Below, piece after piece: positions 49,655 through 58,747 of a stretch of 64,000 nucleotides of DNA. Each line of letters opens with the position of its first letter. The stretch's first letter is position 1. This DNA comes from Planctomycetaceae bacterium. GTDB lineage: Bacteria > Planctomycetota > Planctomycetia > Pirellulales > UBA1268. The stretch is taken from positions 21,408 to 85,407 of the forward strand of contig CANHCU010000002.1 of assembly GCA_947459185.1 (NCBI GenBank), given 5' to 3'. A program made the translations under genes and the position numbers. Below the pieces are notes generated by a model, which worked only from the letters and a program-made list of their open reading frames with translations, ran no database searches and was not told where the DNA came from.

Positions 49655-51271
49655 TTACGGGAACCGCACGGTGCGGCCGGTCGAATCCCAGGCTTCGATG
49701 AGCAGGTGCTCGGGCGAGGCGCTCTCCTTGCCGGTCACATGCAGCTGCACGTGCGTGGCATCTTCAAACTGGGCAATTTCGCGACGCTTCCGGTTGTTGA
49801 TCCAGGTCGCCACCTCGTCGTGCACCGTCACGTTGAGCCGGGCGATGTCGTCCCGCGTCGCGGAAAGCTGGAGCGTCCGCATCACCTCGATCGCCATGCT
49901 CTCGGCGGTCTTCACGATGCCGGTGCCCGAACAGGTGGGACAGTCGCGGAAGATGCTCTTCCGCAGCGACGGACGGATTCGCTGCCGCGTCATCTCGATC
50001 AACCCGAAGGGGCTCGTCCGCAGGATCTTGGTCCGGGCACGGTCCCGCTTCATGGCGTCGTGCAGCGCCTTTTCAACCCCGCGACGGTATTTCTCGCGCC
50101 GCATGTCGATGAAGTCGTTGACGATCACGCCACCCAGATCGCGGAGCCGCAGTTGGCGGGCAATCTCCTTCGCCGCGATCAGGTTCATCTGGTAGGCGTT
50201 CTCCTCCGCCGACTTCTCGGTGCGGAAGCTGCCCGAATTGACGTCGATCGCCACGAGCGCTTCGGTGGTGTCGATCACGATCGAACCGCCACCCTTGAGC
50301 GGCACCTTCCTTTGATGGATGCGGCTGATTTCCTCCTCCAGGCCGTAGCGATGGAAGAGCGGCTCCTTGCCTTCGTAGAGTTGCAGCCGCGAGACATACT
50401 TCGGCATCACGAGTTCAAGAAACTCCCTGGCCCGCTCATAGGCGGCAGGCTCGTCGATCAGAATCCGCCCCACGTCTTCCGTGAACATGTCACGGATCGT
50501 GCGGATGATCATGTCCGACTCCTGGTAGATGTCGATCGGCGCGGAATACTTCCGCATCCGTCGGACAATCGACTTCCAGAGCCGCAGGAGATAGGCCATG
50601 TCTCGGGCCATCTCCGACTTGGTCCGTTCGGTGCCCGCGGTGCGCACGACAAACCCGACCCCCTTCGGCGGCCGGAGGTCGAGCATGATGTCGCGGAGCA
50701 CCCGCCGCTCATGCTCGTCGTCGATCTTCTTTGACACGCCCACGCGGCCCAATGGCGGCATGAGTACGAGGTAGCGGCCCGGGATCGAGATGTAGGTGGA
50801 GAGCGTGGGCCCCTTGGTGCCAAAGCCCTCCTTGATCACCTGGACGAGCACCTCGTCACCGCGTCGCAGGACATCCTGAATGGGTGGCTTCACCCGCGGC
50901 CGGTCGCCGAGGCGGGGCTTCCGCCGCGTGGCAGTCTTGGGTCGCCCGTCTGCATCGCTCTCCTCGATGTCGGCACCGCGAGTGCCGGCCTCCCCCGCCT
51001 CGAAGGCCTTGTCGGGATCGAGGCCGCCCTGACGGTAATACTGAGGCTCGACGTCGCTGATGTGGAGGAAGCCGTTGCGACCCACGCCGAAGTCGACGAA
51101 TGCCGCCTGGATGCTCGGCTCGATGTTGACGATCCGACCCTTGTAGATGTTGCCGACGAGATTGTCCTGGCTGGTCCGCTCGACGTAGAGCTCTTCCAGC
51201 ACGCCGTCTTCCATGATCGCGATCCGGCACTCTTCCGGCTGCGACACGTTGATGAGCATTTCCTGTTTCAT
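49655..51271 (-). CDS. rng: Ribonuclease E/G family
   Basis: VGNIYKG, AAFVDFG, IDVNSG, LRLRDLGGVIVNDFIDM, GLIEMTRQR, CPTCSG Zn-link. Confidence 0.93.
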   Translation of the reverse strand: MKQEMLINVSQPEECRIAIMEDGVLEELYVERTSQDNLVGNIYKGRIVNIEPSIQAAFVDFGVGRNGFLHISDVEPQYYRQGGLDPDKAFEAGEAGTRGADIEESDADGRPKTATRRKPRLGDRPRVKPPIQDVLRRGDEVLVQVIKEGFGTKGPTLSTYISIPGRYLVLMPPLGRVGVSKKIDDEHERRVLRDIMLDLRPPKGVGFVVRTAGTERTKSEMARDMAYLLRLWKSIVRRMRKYSAPIDIYQESDMIIRTIRDMFTEDVGRILIDEPAAYERAREFLELVMPKYVSRLQLYEGKEPLFHRYGLEEEISRIHQRKVPLKGGGSIVIDTTEALVAIDVNSGSFRTEKSAEENAYQMNLIAAKEIARQLRLRDLGGVIVNDFIDMRREKYRRGVEKALHDAMKRDRARTKILRTSPFGLIEMTRQRIRPSLRKSIFRDCPTCSGTGIVKTAESMAIEVMRTLQLSATRDDIARLNVTVHDEVATWINNRKRREIAQFEDATHVQLHVTGKESASPEHLLIEAWDSTGRTVRFP

Positions 51272-51336
51272 ATCCGTTTTCCTTTCGATGACTCTGTCCT
51301 TCCCGGAGGAAGGGTGTCACGTTGGCAGCCCTGCTG

Positions 51337-53076
51337 CTACGCGACCGTTTCTGCGAGCAGCCGACGCAACTGGTCGCGCAGGTAGGCCTTCACCTCCCGG
51401 GCGGCGTCCATCGTCAGCGCTTTCTCCGCAATCGCGCGGCATTCGGCGGCCGAAACACTTCGGACCACCTGCTTGACTTCAGGGATGGCGCTCGCCGGCA
51501 CACTGAGCTGCCGCAGGCCCAATCCCAGAAGCAGCTGCGTGTACATCACGCTGCCGCTCATCTGACCACATACCGTCGCCGGCACGCCGGCCTCGGTTGC
51601 CACGTCCAGCGAGCGGCGCAACAGCCGCAGCACCGCTGGATCACAGGCGTTGTACAGTTCGGCAACCTCCTTATTGCCCCGATCGACCGCCAGCGTGTAC
51701 TGGATCAGGTCGTTGGTGCCGATCGAGACAAAATCGACCTCCTTGATGAATGCGTCGAGCATCATCACGGCGGCGGGCGTCTCCACCATCATGCCGACCG
51801 GCATCTTCGCGTTGAACGCGATGCCGTGCTCGGCCAGATCTTCCATTACGTCCGCCAGGACCATGCGGGCCTGGCGCAATTCGACGATCGTGGAGACGAG
51901 CGGAAAGAGCACCCGCACGTCCCCCAGGGCGCTGGCCCGCAGGATCGCCCGTAACTGCGTGCGAAACATCGGCAACTGCCGCAGCGAGAGCCGGATGCTA
52001 CGGAGGCCGAGGCAGGGATTCCGCTCCTCCTCCGACTGGGTCTCCGTGTGCATCTTGTCGGAGCCAAGATCGAGCGTGCGAATGACCACCGGCATGCCGG
52101 GCATCGCCTGCACCACGTCCTTGTAGGCGGCGAAGTGGTCTTCTTCGGTCGGCTCACGCCGGCTCGTCAGATAGAGAAACTCCGTCCGGTAGAGGCCGAT
52201 CCCGTCGCAACCCCTGCTCAGGCACTGCTCGGCCTCACTGGGAAACTCGATATTGCCCGTGATCTGGATTCGCACGCCGTCAGTGGTGACTGCCGGCAGA
52301 TCCCGCAGCCTGTCGAGCTTCTTCGCGACGGTGCGGGCCGCCTCTACCTCGAGCCGATAGCGGGCGATCGTCTCCTCATCGGGCTGGAGAATCACGATCC
52401 CCTGATTGCCATCGAGGATCACCGGCTCGCCACCCGACACGTCGGCGAGGAACGGACCGATGCCCACCACCGCTGGAATCTCGAGACCCTCGGCCACGAT
52501 TGCCGTGTGGCTGCCAGGCCCGCCCAACTCCGTGGCGAAGCCCTGCACGAACCGCCGGTCGAGATTGGCTGTTTCGCTGGGCGTGAGGTTGTGGGCCAGA
52601 ACGATCACCGGCTGCGAGATCGCGGCAAGCGTCTCACGCCGCTGGCCCAGCAGGTTGCGGAGCAGGCTCTTCTCGATGTCGTAGATGTCGTGCGCCCGCT
52701 GCGAAATGTGATTGTCGAGGTTCTGAAAAACCTTCGCGTAGCGGCGGAGCGTGCGGCTGACGGCATACTCCGGCCACCAGTTGCGGTCGCGGACGGCCGT
52801 CGCCAACTCATCCTGCAGCTTGGCGTCGTGGAGCATCGCCAGATGGGCGTCGAAGATGGCGGCGTACTGCTCGCCCAACTCAGCCCGGATCGCATCGCGG
52901 TTCCGCTCGATCTCGCGGGCCGTCTCGGCCACGGCGTGATTGAGCCGGGCAAGCTCTGTATCAACGGCGCTCCGTTCCACGAAGCGGCGCGGAATCCGGA
53001 AGCCCTCGCTGTCGAGGACAAGTGCCTCGCCGATCGTGACGCCGGGCGAAACGGCGATTCCCTGGAGTTTTAGCAT
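51337..53076 (-). CDS. ptsI: PTS enzyme I (PEP-protein phosphotransferase)
   Basis: GGPGSHTAIVA (phospho-His), GIGLYRTEFLY, SIGTNDLIQY. Confidence 0.95.
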   Translation of the reverse strand: MLKLQGIAVSPGVTIGEALVLDSEGFRIPRRFVERSAVDTELARLNHAVAETAREIERNRDAIRAELGEQYAAIFDAHLAMLHDAKLQDELATAVRDRNWWPEYAVSRTLRRYAKVFQNLDNHISQRAHDIYDIEKSLLRNLLGQRRETLAAISQPVIVLAHNLTPSETANLDRRFVQGFATELGGPGSHTAIVAEGLEIPAVVGIGPFLADVSGGEPVILDGNQGIVILQPDEETIARYRLEVEAARTVAKKLDRLRDLPAVTTDGVRIQITGNIEFPSEAEQCLSRGCDGIGLYRTEFLYLTSRREPTEEDHFAAYKDVVQAMPGMPVVIRTLDLGSDKMHTETQSEEERNPCLGLRSIRLSLRQLPMFRTQLRAILRASALGDVRVLFPLVSTIVELRQARMVLADVMEDLAEHGIAFNAKMPVGMMVETPAAVMMLDAFIKEVDFVSIGTNDLIQYTLAVDRGNKEVAELYNACDPAVLRLLRRSLDVATEAGVPATVCGQMSGSVMYTQLLLGLGLRQLSVPASAIPEVKQVVRSVSAAECRAIAEKALTMDAAREVKAYLRDQLRRLLAETVA

Positions 53077-53245
53077 GGGGGCGCATTTCCCCCGCGGGCT
53101 GCGTTGTGTCGGCCTGGGAGATCGCGCTCATGTCATGCTGGGCATGGCGGCTGCGATCATGATCCCGGCGGCACTCGCGCCTCGCGGTTCGTTGCGGCTC
53201 CTTACGTTGTATGGACTGCGTTTGGACTGGGTATGAACTGCGTAC

Positions 53246-53272
53246 AAAAAATCCGGCTGGCCGTGGCCGCCG
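53246..53272 (-). terminator. Possible intrinsic terminator between ptsH and ptsI
   Basis: Minus strand CGGC-GGCC-ac-GGCC-a-GCCG followed by GATTTTTT. Confidence 0.45.
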
Positions 53273-53287
53273 ATCATCACAAACCTT

Positions 53288-53331
53288 GAATCCTCGACGT
53301 CCTGAATCCTCGATTGACGAGAATCCTCGTC
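53288..53331 (-). repeat. Three CGAGGATTC repeats, one in a hairpin
   Basis: GAATCCTCG at 53288, 53304 and 53321; hairpin GACGAG-GATT-CTCGTC. Confidence 0.7.
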
Positions 53332-53348
53332 GTCTTGACGGGCCGACT

Positions 53349-53645
53349 TTATCGGCCGTCGTTCCTTTCCTGTTCGTTGAAATTGCGGTCGAAGAGGCTA
53401 CCAATGGCCTCGAGCGCCTCGCGGGCATCGGGCCCCGTTGCCTCCACGACCAATCGCGTGCCCGCCTCGGCGGCGAGCGTCAGCACGTCGAGGATGCTTT
53501 TTCCATCGACCCGCTGCGAATCACTGAGCAGTTCGATCCGTGACTGCCACTTCCGGGCCTCGCGCGCGAGTTGGTCTGCCGGCCGGGCGTGCAAGCCCTG
53601 CGACATCCCAACCACGACCTCGCGCGAGACCACCTGCTCACTCAT
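53349..53645 (-). CDS. ptsH: HPr phosphocarrier
   Basis: GLHARPA (His15) and DGKSILDVL (Ser46). Confidence 0.93.
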   Translation of the reverse strand: MSEQVVSREVVVGMSQGLHARPADQLAREARKWQSRIELLSDSQRVDGKSILDVLTLAAEAGTRLVVEATGPDAREALEAIGSLFDRNFNEQERNDGR

Positions 53646-53698
53646 GCTGTCCCGAATTTCTATCAACCGTGCCTCATTTTCCCGCGTCACAACGGGGT

Positions 53699-54175
53699 TC
53701 ACGACGCCACCCCGTGGCTGTCGGCCTCCTCCAAGAGGTGCTGGATGTCCATCGGCCCCTTGGCAGACTTGAGCTGCCGGCAGAACGCTTCGTCGCGAAG
53801 CTGCCGAGAGATGTTTTCCAGAGCCCGCAAATGATCGCCGGGCCGGTCCGGCGGCGACACAAGCAGGAAAAACAGCTGCACAGGCTCTCCATCGAGGCTC
53901 TCGAAATCGACGCCGTCATGGCTCACGGCCACCGTGCCGACCAGCCGGTTCACGCTGGGATGCTTGGTGTGAGGAACGGCCACTCCGCGGCCGATGCCGG
54001 TGCTGCCAAGGTCTTCCCGCTTCATGATGGCCTTGACGATGCTCTCCAGATCACCCGCAGCGATACTGCCGGCGTCAACGAGCGACTGGGCCATCTCCCG
54101 GATGACGCCGTCCTTGGTATGGGCATCGACGTGCGAACGGATAGCATCCGTGGCCACAAAATCGGAAAACTTCAT
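53699..54175 (-). CDS. ptsN: PTS IIA component (Ntr/fructose-mannitol type)
   Basis: REDLGSTGIGRGVAVPH, VDFESLDGEPV, HLRAL. Confidence 0.9.
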   Translation of the reverse strand: MKFSDFVATDAIRSHVDAHTKDGVIREMAQSLVDAGSIAAGDLESIVKAIMKREDLGSTGIGRGVAVPHTKHPSVNRLVGTVAVSHDGVDFESLDGEPVQLFFLLVSPPDRPGDHLRALENISRQLRDEAFCRQLKSAKGPMDIQHLLEEADSHGVAS

Positions 54176-54187
54176 GCGTCTGCGAGT

Positions 54188-54508
54188 TCAGGATTCGCGC
54201 GTGTTGTGCACGTGCTTGTGATCCAGAACCTTCTCCTTGTGTTTTCTGAGCTGTTGCTCGAGCTTTTGGACGGCCCCATCGACACTCCGCCAGAGCTGGC
54301 CGGAGTGTTCCCGGCTGACCATGTCGTGAAAATGCTCTGCCGAAGCGACGATTTCCACCGTCGGCAAGGCTTCATTTTCGAGGTCAACGGTCACATTCAG
54401 GGCTGTGAGACGGCTGAAGTACCGCTTCAGACGCGAGACCTTCGACACAATTTTTGACTGCGTGGCGCCGCTGAGCTGACCGTGCCTTGCTGAAACGTTG
54501 ATCTGCAC
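54188..54508 (-). CDS. hpf: Ribosome hibernation promoting factor (HPF/RaiA, short form)
   Basis: GTG start VQINVSARHG...VDGAVQKLEQQLRKHKEK; upstream of the PTS IIA gene. Confidence 0.88.
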   Translation of the reverse strand: MQINVSARHGQLSGATQSKIVSKVSRLKRYFSRLTALNVTVDLENEALPTVEIVASAEHFHDMVSREHSGQLWRSVDGAVQKLEQQLRKHKEKVLDHKHVHNTRES

Positions 54509-54541
54509 TCGGGATTTCCCTTCTCTGGCAAAACTTTCCGG

Positions 54542-54608
54542 CGATTCCCTGTCCTGCGACTCGTCCCGCAACTCCCTGTCCGGCGACTCCCTGTCCCACG
54601 ACTCACTG
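54542..54608 (-). repeat. Degenerate 15-bp tandem repeat in the hpf leader
   Basis: CGATTCCCTGTCCTG / CGACTCGTCCCG / CAACTCCCTGTCCGG / CGACTCCCTGTCCCA / CGACTCACTG. Confidence 0.75.
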
Positions 54609-54787
54609 CGAAACCACGGCCGGACCACGCCCGGCCCTCAGGGCCCGCCAGAGGAGATCCCCGGGCTGGGCCATCTCCGGCTCCGGCGGCGAATCGCCTC
54701 TCAATTCGCCGATCATAGCACCCCTCGCTCCGCCGACACAAACCGTCCGCATGCCGCGGCCTCAGGCCGCACAAAACGACTGCATAC

Positions 54788-57088
54788 TCACTCCTCGACG
54801 GGCTCCTCGGCCGGCCCCTCAGCAGGGCTCTCGGGTGATTCCTCGGCCCTCACGGCCGGTTCGCCCGCCGCGCGGGCCGCGCTGCCAGAGGCCAGACTCC
54901 CGCGACGGATCTGCCCCTTCTCAAGCTGATTTTTCCACCAGAGCACGCCCTCCCGCCGCATGTCTGGCTGACCATCGGGGCGATACCTCGTCCGGTCTAC
55001 GGCGGTTGGCTGCGTGATGTCGATGAGCGCCTTGCTCGCATACCGCCGCACCACCAGGCTGGGGTCGTCGAGGGCCTCGACGAGCGCGCGATCGGCTCCA
55101 GCGACCAGCTCCTCGTCGGTGAAGCCGCGGGCCATCGCCCAGATCGCATCGGCCTTGCCGTGTGGCCCCCGATTGACGAATGAATCATAGAGCCGGGTGG
55201 CGGCATTGCCGCCCCGCGCCAACGCCAGCGGCACCGTGGCGTTCTGGAGCTGCGACCACTGTCGCTGCTCCAGCTTCCGTCCGGGCGACTCCGCCGAGAG
55301 TTGTTCGATCAGGTCGTCAAATTCGCCGATCAGCGCCAGTGTGGACGCCGCCAGCATTCGGTTTTCGGCTCGCTTGTCGGCGGCGAGTTCCCGCAAGGCA
55401 CGGGCCAGCGGGGCCGTGGCCGCAACCTTGGCGGCCAACGCCTCACCGGCCGCCTTCTCGAGCCGTTCGGGCCTCACTCCCGACTCGATCCAGGAGGGCA
55501 GCACGCGATTGCGGACGACGGCGACCCGGCCGGGACCGTTGCTGCTCCATTCGAGCGACATGCCCGCGTCGAGCATCCCCTGCGCATCGATCCCCTCCAG
55601 CGGCCGCTCCACCGGCAGCCCGCCCGCGGCCGTCTGCCGCCACGCGAGTCCGCGGGACGCCGCGTAGATCCGCGACCGTACCAGCGGCGGCGTGCTGGCG
55701 GGATCAGCGCCGGGAAAGCGATCAAGTTGCGCCTCGATCGCCACCGGGTTCAACAGCCCGGCATCGACCGTACCGAGCAGCCCGCCCGCGGTGATGCCCA
55801 GCCGCGCGTCGGCCCGACTGGCCCGCGCCACGGCGCGTCCAAACACCACCTCGATTCGCGGCACGCCATCCGCATCGAGCGAAAGCACCGCCCGGGTTTC
55901 GGGAAGCAGGCGAATCGTCACACCACGGACGTGGAGTTCGGGCTGAAACGCCGGCGGCACGAGCAGGTCTTCGCGTTTCTGAAGCGGGGATCCCACGGGA
56001 AAGAAGCTCCACGCCGTCGTTTCCGACGACTCCGTCAGATGGAGGAGCACGCCCTCGCCACCCACGAATCCCACCGCATCCTGGGGCTCAGCGGAGCTGG
56101 CTGCCTGCTCCGCACCCTGCAGGGCTGCCGGTGGCGTGGCTTCCGCAGCCGGTTGCACGGCCGCCATCGCGACCGGCGGCACGGCCGGATCGTTCAGGGG
56201 CTCCACCGCAGTGACCGCCGCCACGGGTTGTGCAGGCGGCGCCGCCTCCTGTGCCGGCTGAGCCGGGGGAACTTCCGTTGTCGCTCCAGTGGCGACTGAA
56301 GCCTCCGGCGGAGGGCTCGCGTTCTCAACGGCGGGGGCTGGCGGCGGCGGCTCCACGCTTGCCACCTCCTGTGACTCACGCCCCCCTGCCCCGGTGAGAT
56401 TTCCACCAAGCAGCGACCAGGCTAGCACCCCGGCCAACGTCAGCAGCAGGGCAACCGCGACCGCCGCGGCCGCCCATGCCGCAAGCGACGATCGCCCCGC
56501 CGCTGGCCGGACTGGCTGCCGCTGGGGATCGGCGACACTCTGCACCGCGGCCGCGGTCGGCCTCCGCGCGGCCGTCGACGCTGCCACCGCATCGCGGATG
56601 GCGTGCGCCGTTTCCCGCGACTCGTGGTGGCCGTCGCCGGCGGATTTCGTCGCCCCATGTTCCGTTGCAGCCCGATCCTTCAAGCCTGCCAGCAGGCCCC
56701 ACAGCCGCTGCTGAATCCGCTGCCGCTCATCGCCGTGCAACCCGTGCTGCACGGTGGGATCGCGGGCCAACTCCGCCAGCAGTCCGTGACAGGCGGCCAC
56801 CTCCGCCAGATGCAGTTCCGACTCGATGCAGATCCGTTCGAAGGCCTCCAACTGGTCGGAGGAGAGCGTGTTGTCGAGATATTCAGCCACGGAGTTGGGG
56901 TCTTCCGTGAGACCACGGCCATCTGTTTTGGGTGCGCCGATCGCAGTCCGGCCGACGGCCGTGCGGATGCGGTCCACGAGGTGCGTGGCCACCACGCTGG
57001 ATGAAACCTTCGCCCCCAACTCCTGCTGTTCACCGTCGGGAAGAACGCCGTCCAGCCAGGCCAGCAGGGTTCGGAGTGTGAGACGCAT
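54788..57088 (-). CDS. Planctomycete hypothetical membrane protein (anti-sigma-like N-terminus, TM, Pro/Ala linker, HEAT-like C-terminus)
   Basis: MRLTLRTLLAWLD...AEYLDNTL...HLAEVAACH; TM AAAVAVALLLTLAGVLAW; LVEALDDPSLVVRRYA. Confidence 0.75.
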   Translation of the reverse strand: MRLTLRTLLAWLDGVLPDGEQQELGAKVSSSVVATHLVDRIRTAVGRTAIGAPKTDGRGLTEDPNSVAEYLDNTLSSDQLEAFERICIESELHLAEVAACHGLLAELARDPTVQHGLHGDERQRIQQRLWGLLAGLKDRAATEHGATKSAGDGHHESRETAHAIRDAVAASTAARRPTAAAVQSVADPQRQPVRPAAGRSSLAAWAAAAVAVALLLTLAGVLAWSLLGGNLTGAGGRESQEVASVEPPPPAPAVENASPPPEASVATGATTEVPPAQPAQEAAPPAQPVAAVTAVEPLNDPAVPPVAMAAVQPAAEATPPAALQGAEQAASSAEPQDAVGFVGGEGVLLHLTESSETTAWSFFPVGSPLQKREDLLVPPAFQPELHVRGVTIRLLPETRAVLSLDADGVPRIEVVFGRAVARASRADARLGITAGGLLGTVDAGLLNPVAIEAQLDRFPGADPASTPPLVRSRIYAASRGLAWRQTAAGGLPVERPLEGIDAQGMLDAGMSLEWSSNGPGRVAVVRNRVLPSWIESGVRPERLEKAAGEALAAKVAATAPLARALRELAADKRAENRMLAASTLALIGEFDDLIEQLSAESPGRKLEQRQWSQLQNATVPLALARGGNAATRLYDSFVNRGPHGKADAIWAMARGFTDEELVAGADRALVEALDDPSLVVRRYASKALIDITQPTAVDRTRYRPDGQPDMRREGVLWWKNQLEKGQIRRGSLASGSAARAAGEPAVRAEESPESPAEGPAEEPVEE

Positions 57089-57322
57089 GGGTGTTGCTCC
57101 TGGCCGCCGTTGCGGAGGGGGGAAGGAGGGGCTTCTCCTTTAAGAGTGGCGGCCTGCCAGGATTTTCGTGCGGAAATCGGAAAAAAACAGGCGAAATGGC
57201 AAAACCGGCCGGCGGCGACCCTTCCGCCCCGGATCTGCGTAGAGAAAGAAGTGCAGACGTTCCGTCTCGACGGACTACACTTCTGCAGGTTCGTGAAGGG
57301 CTTCTGGAGACACTCCGCATCC

Positions 57323-57886
57323 ATGACCGCCATGCCCCGACATCGTCGCCAAGCCATCCTGCGAGAGGCGTCCGGCTACATCGAGTTGGGCGAACTGCTC
57401 GTGCAGCAGGACACCCCCGTGCCGCCGAGCGGCCAGAAGTTGCTGCATCGTGCGCTCGATCTCTTGGCACTGCTGCCTGAGCCGACGCGGTCGATGGCAA
57501 TGGCGAAACTGCTCGAGGGAGAAGCCCTGCGGGCGCTGGGCCGCTTTGAGGAGGGTCTGGTCGCGCTCCGTCTGGTGACCGAGCAGGAGCCCAAGCGGCT
57601 GGAAGCATGGCTGGGCATGGGCTGGTGCCTGAAGCGATTGGGGCGGCTTGAAGACGCGATTGGTTCGCTTGAGCAGGGACTGCACGCCTCGCCTCGGGAG
57701 CCGATCCTGCTCTACAATCTCGCCTGCTATCATTCGCTCGCCGGCCGAGTGCAGGCCGCCATCGAGCACCTCACAAAGGCCATCTCGCTTGACGATCGCT
57801 ATCGGGACCTCACCGGAGCCGAGCCCGACTTCGATCCCATCCGGCAAGATCCGCGGTTTGTTGCAGTCACGCACGTCACGGTTTGA
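57323..57886 (+). CDS. Tetratricopeptide repeat protein
   Basis: AWLGMGWCLKRLGRLEDAI, LYNLACYHSLAG, EPDFDPIR. Confidence 0.85.
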   Translation: MTAMPRHRRQAILREASGYIELGELLVQQDTPVPPSGQKLLHRALDLLALLPEPTRSMAMAKLLEGEALRALGRFEEGLVALRLVTEQEPKRLEAWLGMGWCLKRLGRLEDAIGSLEQGLHASPREPILLYNLACYHSLAGRVQAAIEHLTKAISLDDRYRDLTGAEPDFDPIRQDPRFVAVTHVTV

Positions 57887-57901
57887 ACGTGGCAATCCAC
57901 C

Positions 57902-58747
57902 ATGACGAGCATGACGAGCCCAGCCCTTCAGGAAGTCGTCGCCCTGTTGGGCTGCCCGGCAGCGGGGAATCCCGCACAGTATCTCTTTGAGCGGATGATC
58001 GCCGCGGCGGGTCTCGACTGGCAGTTCGTCTCGCTCGACGTGCAGCCCGAACGGATTGCCGAAGCGATCGCGGGCACGTCTGCGATGGGGTTTCGTGGCT
58101 GCCTGCTCGCAGGTCCGCTGCGGGCTGCGGCTCTCTCGGCCGTCGCGTCGGCCAGTCCGGCGGCCACGTTCGCCGGCGCGGTCGGCCTGGTCGAACGGCA
58201 GCCTGCTGGTCCTGCGGGCCACATCACCGACGGCCGAGGAGTGTTGGAGGCGATCCGGTCGCACATCGATCCGGTGGGCGCTCACGTGCTCATCGTCGGC
58301 GCCGGCGCGGCGGCGAGGGCCGCGGCGCTCGAACTGTCGTTGGCCGGCGTCGCCGAGATCATCATCTGCGATCGCACGCCGGAGCGGGCAGCGTCGCTTG
58401 TCGATGCGGTCACTGCGATGGCCGCTGCCCCTGCCTCGGCTCTCCCCTGGGAGGCGGCGATCGCGATCCCCGACCGGGTCGGCATCGTCGTGACGGCGGT
58501 ACCGGCCGATGGCCAGAAGCCGGCTGCACCGCTGGCTGGCCTGCGTCCTGACCTCGTGGTGGCGGACCTCGCGCTGGTCAGTCAGCCCGCCCCGGTGGTG
58601 ACCGCGGCCCGTGCCGCCGGGGCCTGCGTGATCGACGGCCTCGAAATCCATTGCGAGCGGACGGCGATCGACTTCCACCTGCTGACTGGCCTGGAGGCCG
58701 ACACGGAGATGCTCCGCGACGCCCTCGACGAATTCTTCAGCGCCTGA
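57902..58747 (+). CDS. Shikimate dehydrogenase-like (AroE fold) protein with degenerate active site
   Basis: VALLGCP, TDGRG, LIVGAGAAARA, VIDGLE; several canonical substrate residues are absent. Confidence 0.75.
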   Translation: MTSMTSPALQEVVALLGCPAAGNPAQYLFERMIAAAGLDWQFVSLDVQPERIAEAIAGTSAMGFRGCLLAGPLRAAALSAVASASPAATFAGAVGLVERQPAGPAGHITDGRGVLEAIRSHIDPVGAHVLIVGAGAAARAAALELSLAGVAEIIICDRTPERAASLVDAVTAMAAAPASALPWEAAIAIPDRVGIVVTAVPADGQKPAAPLAGLRPDLVVADLALVSQPAPVVTAARAAGACVIDGLEIHCERTAIDFHLLTGLEADTEMLRDALDEFFSA

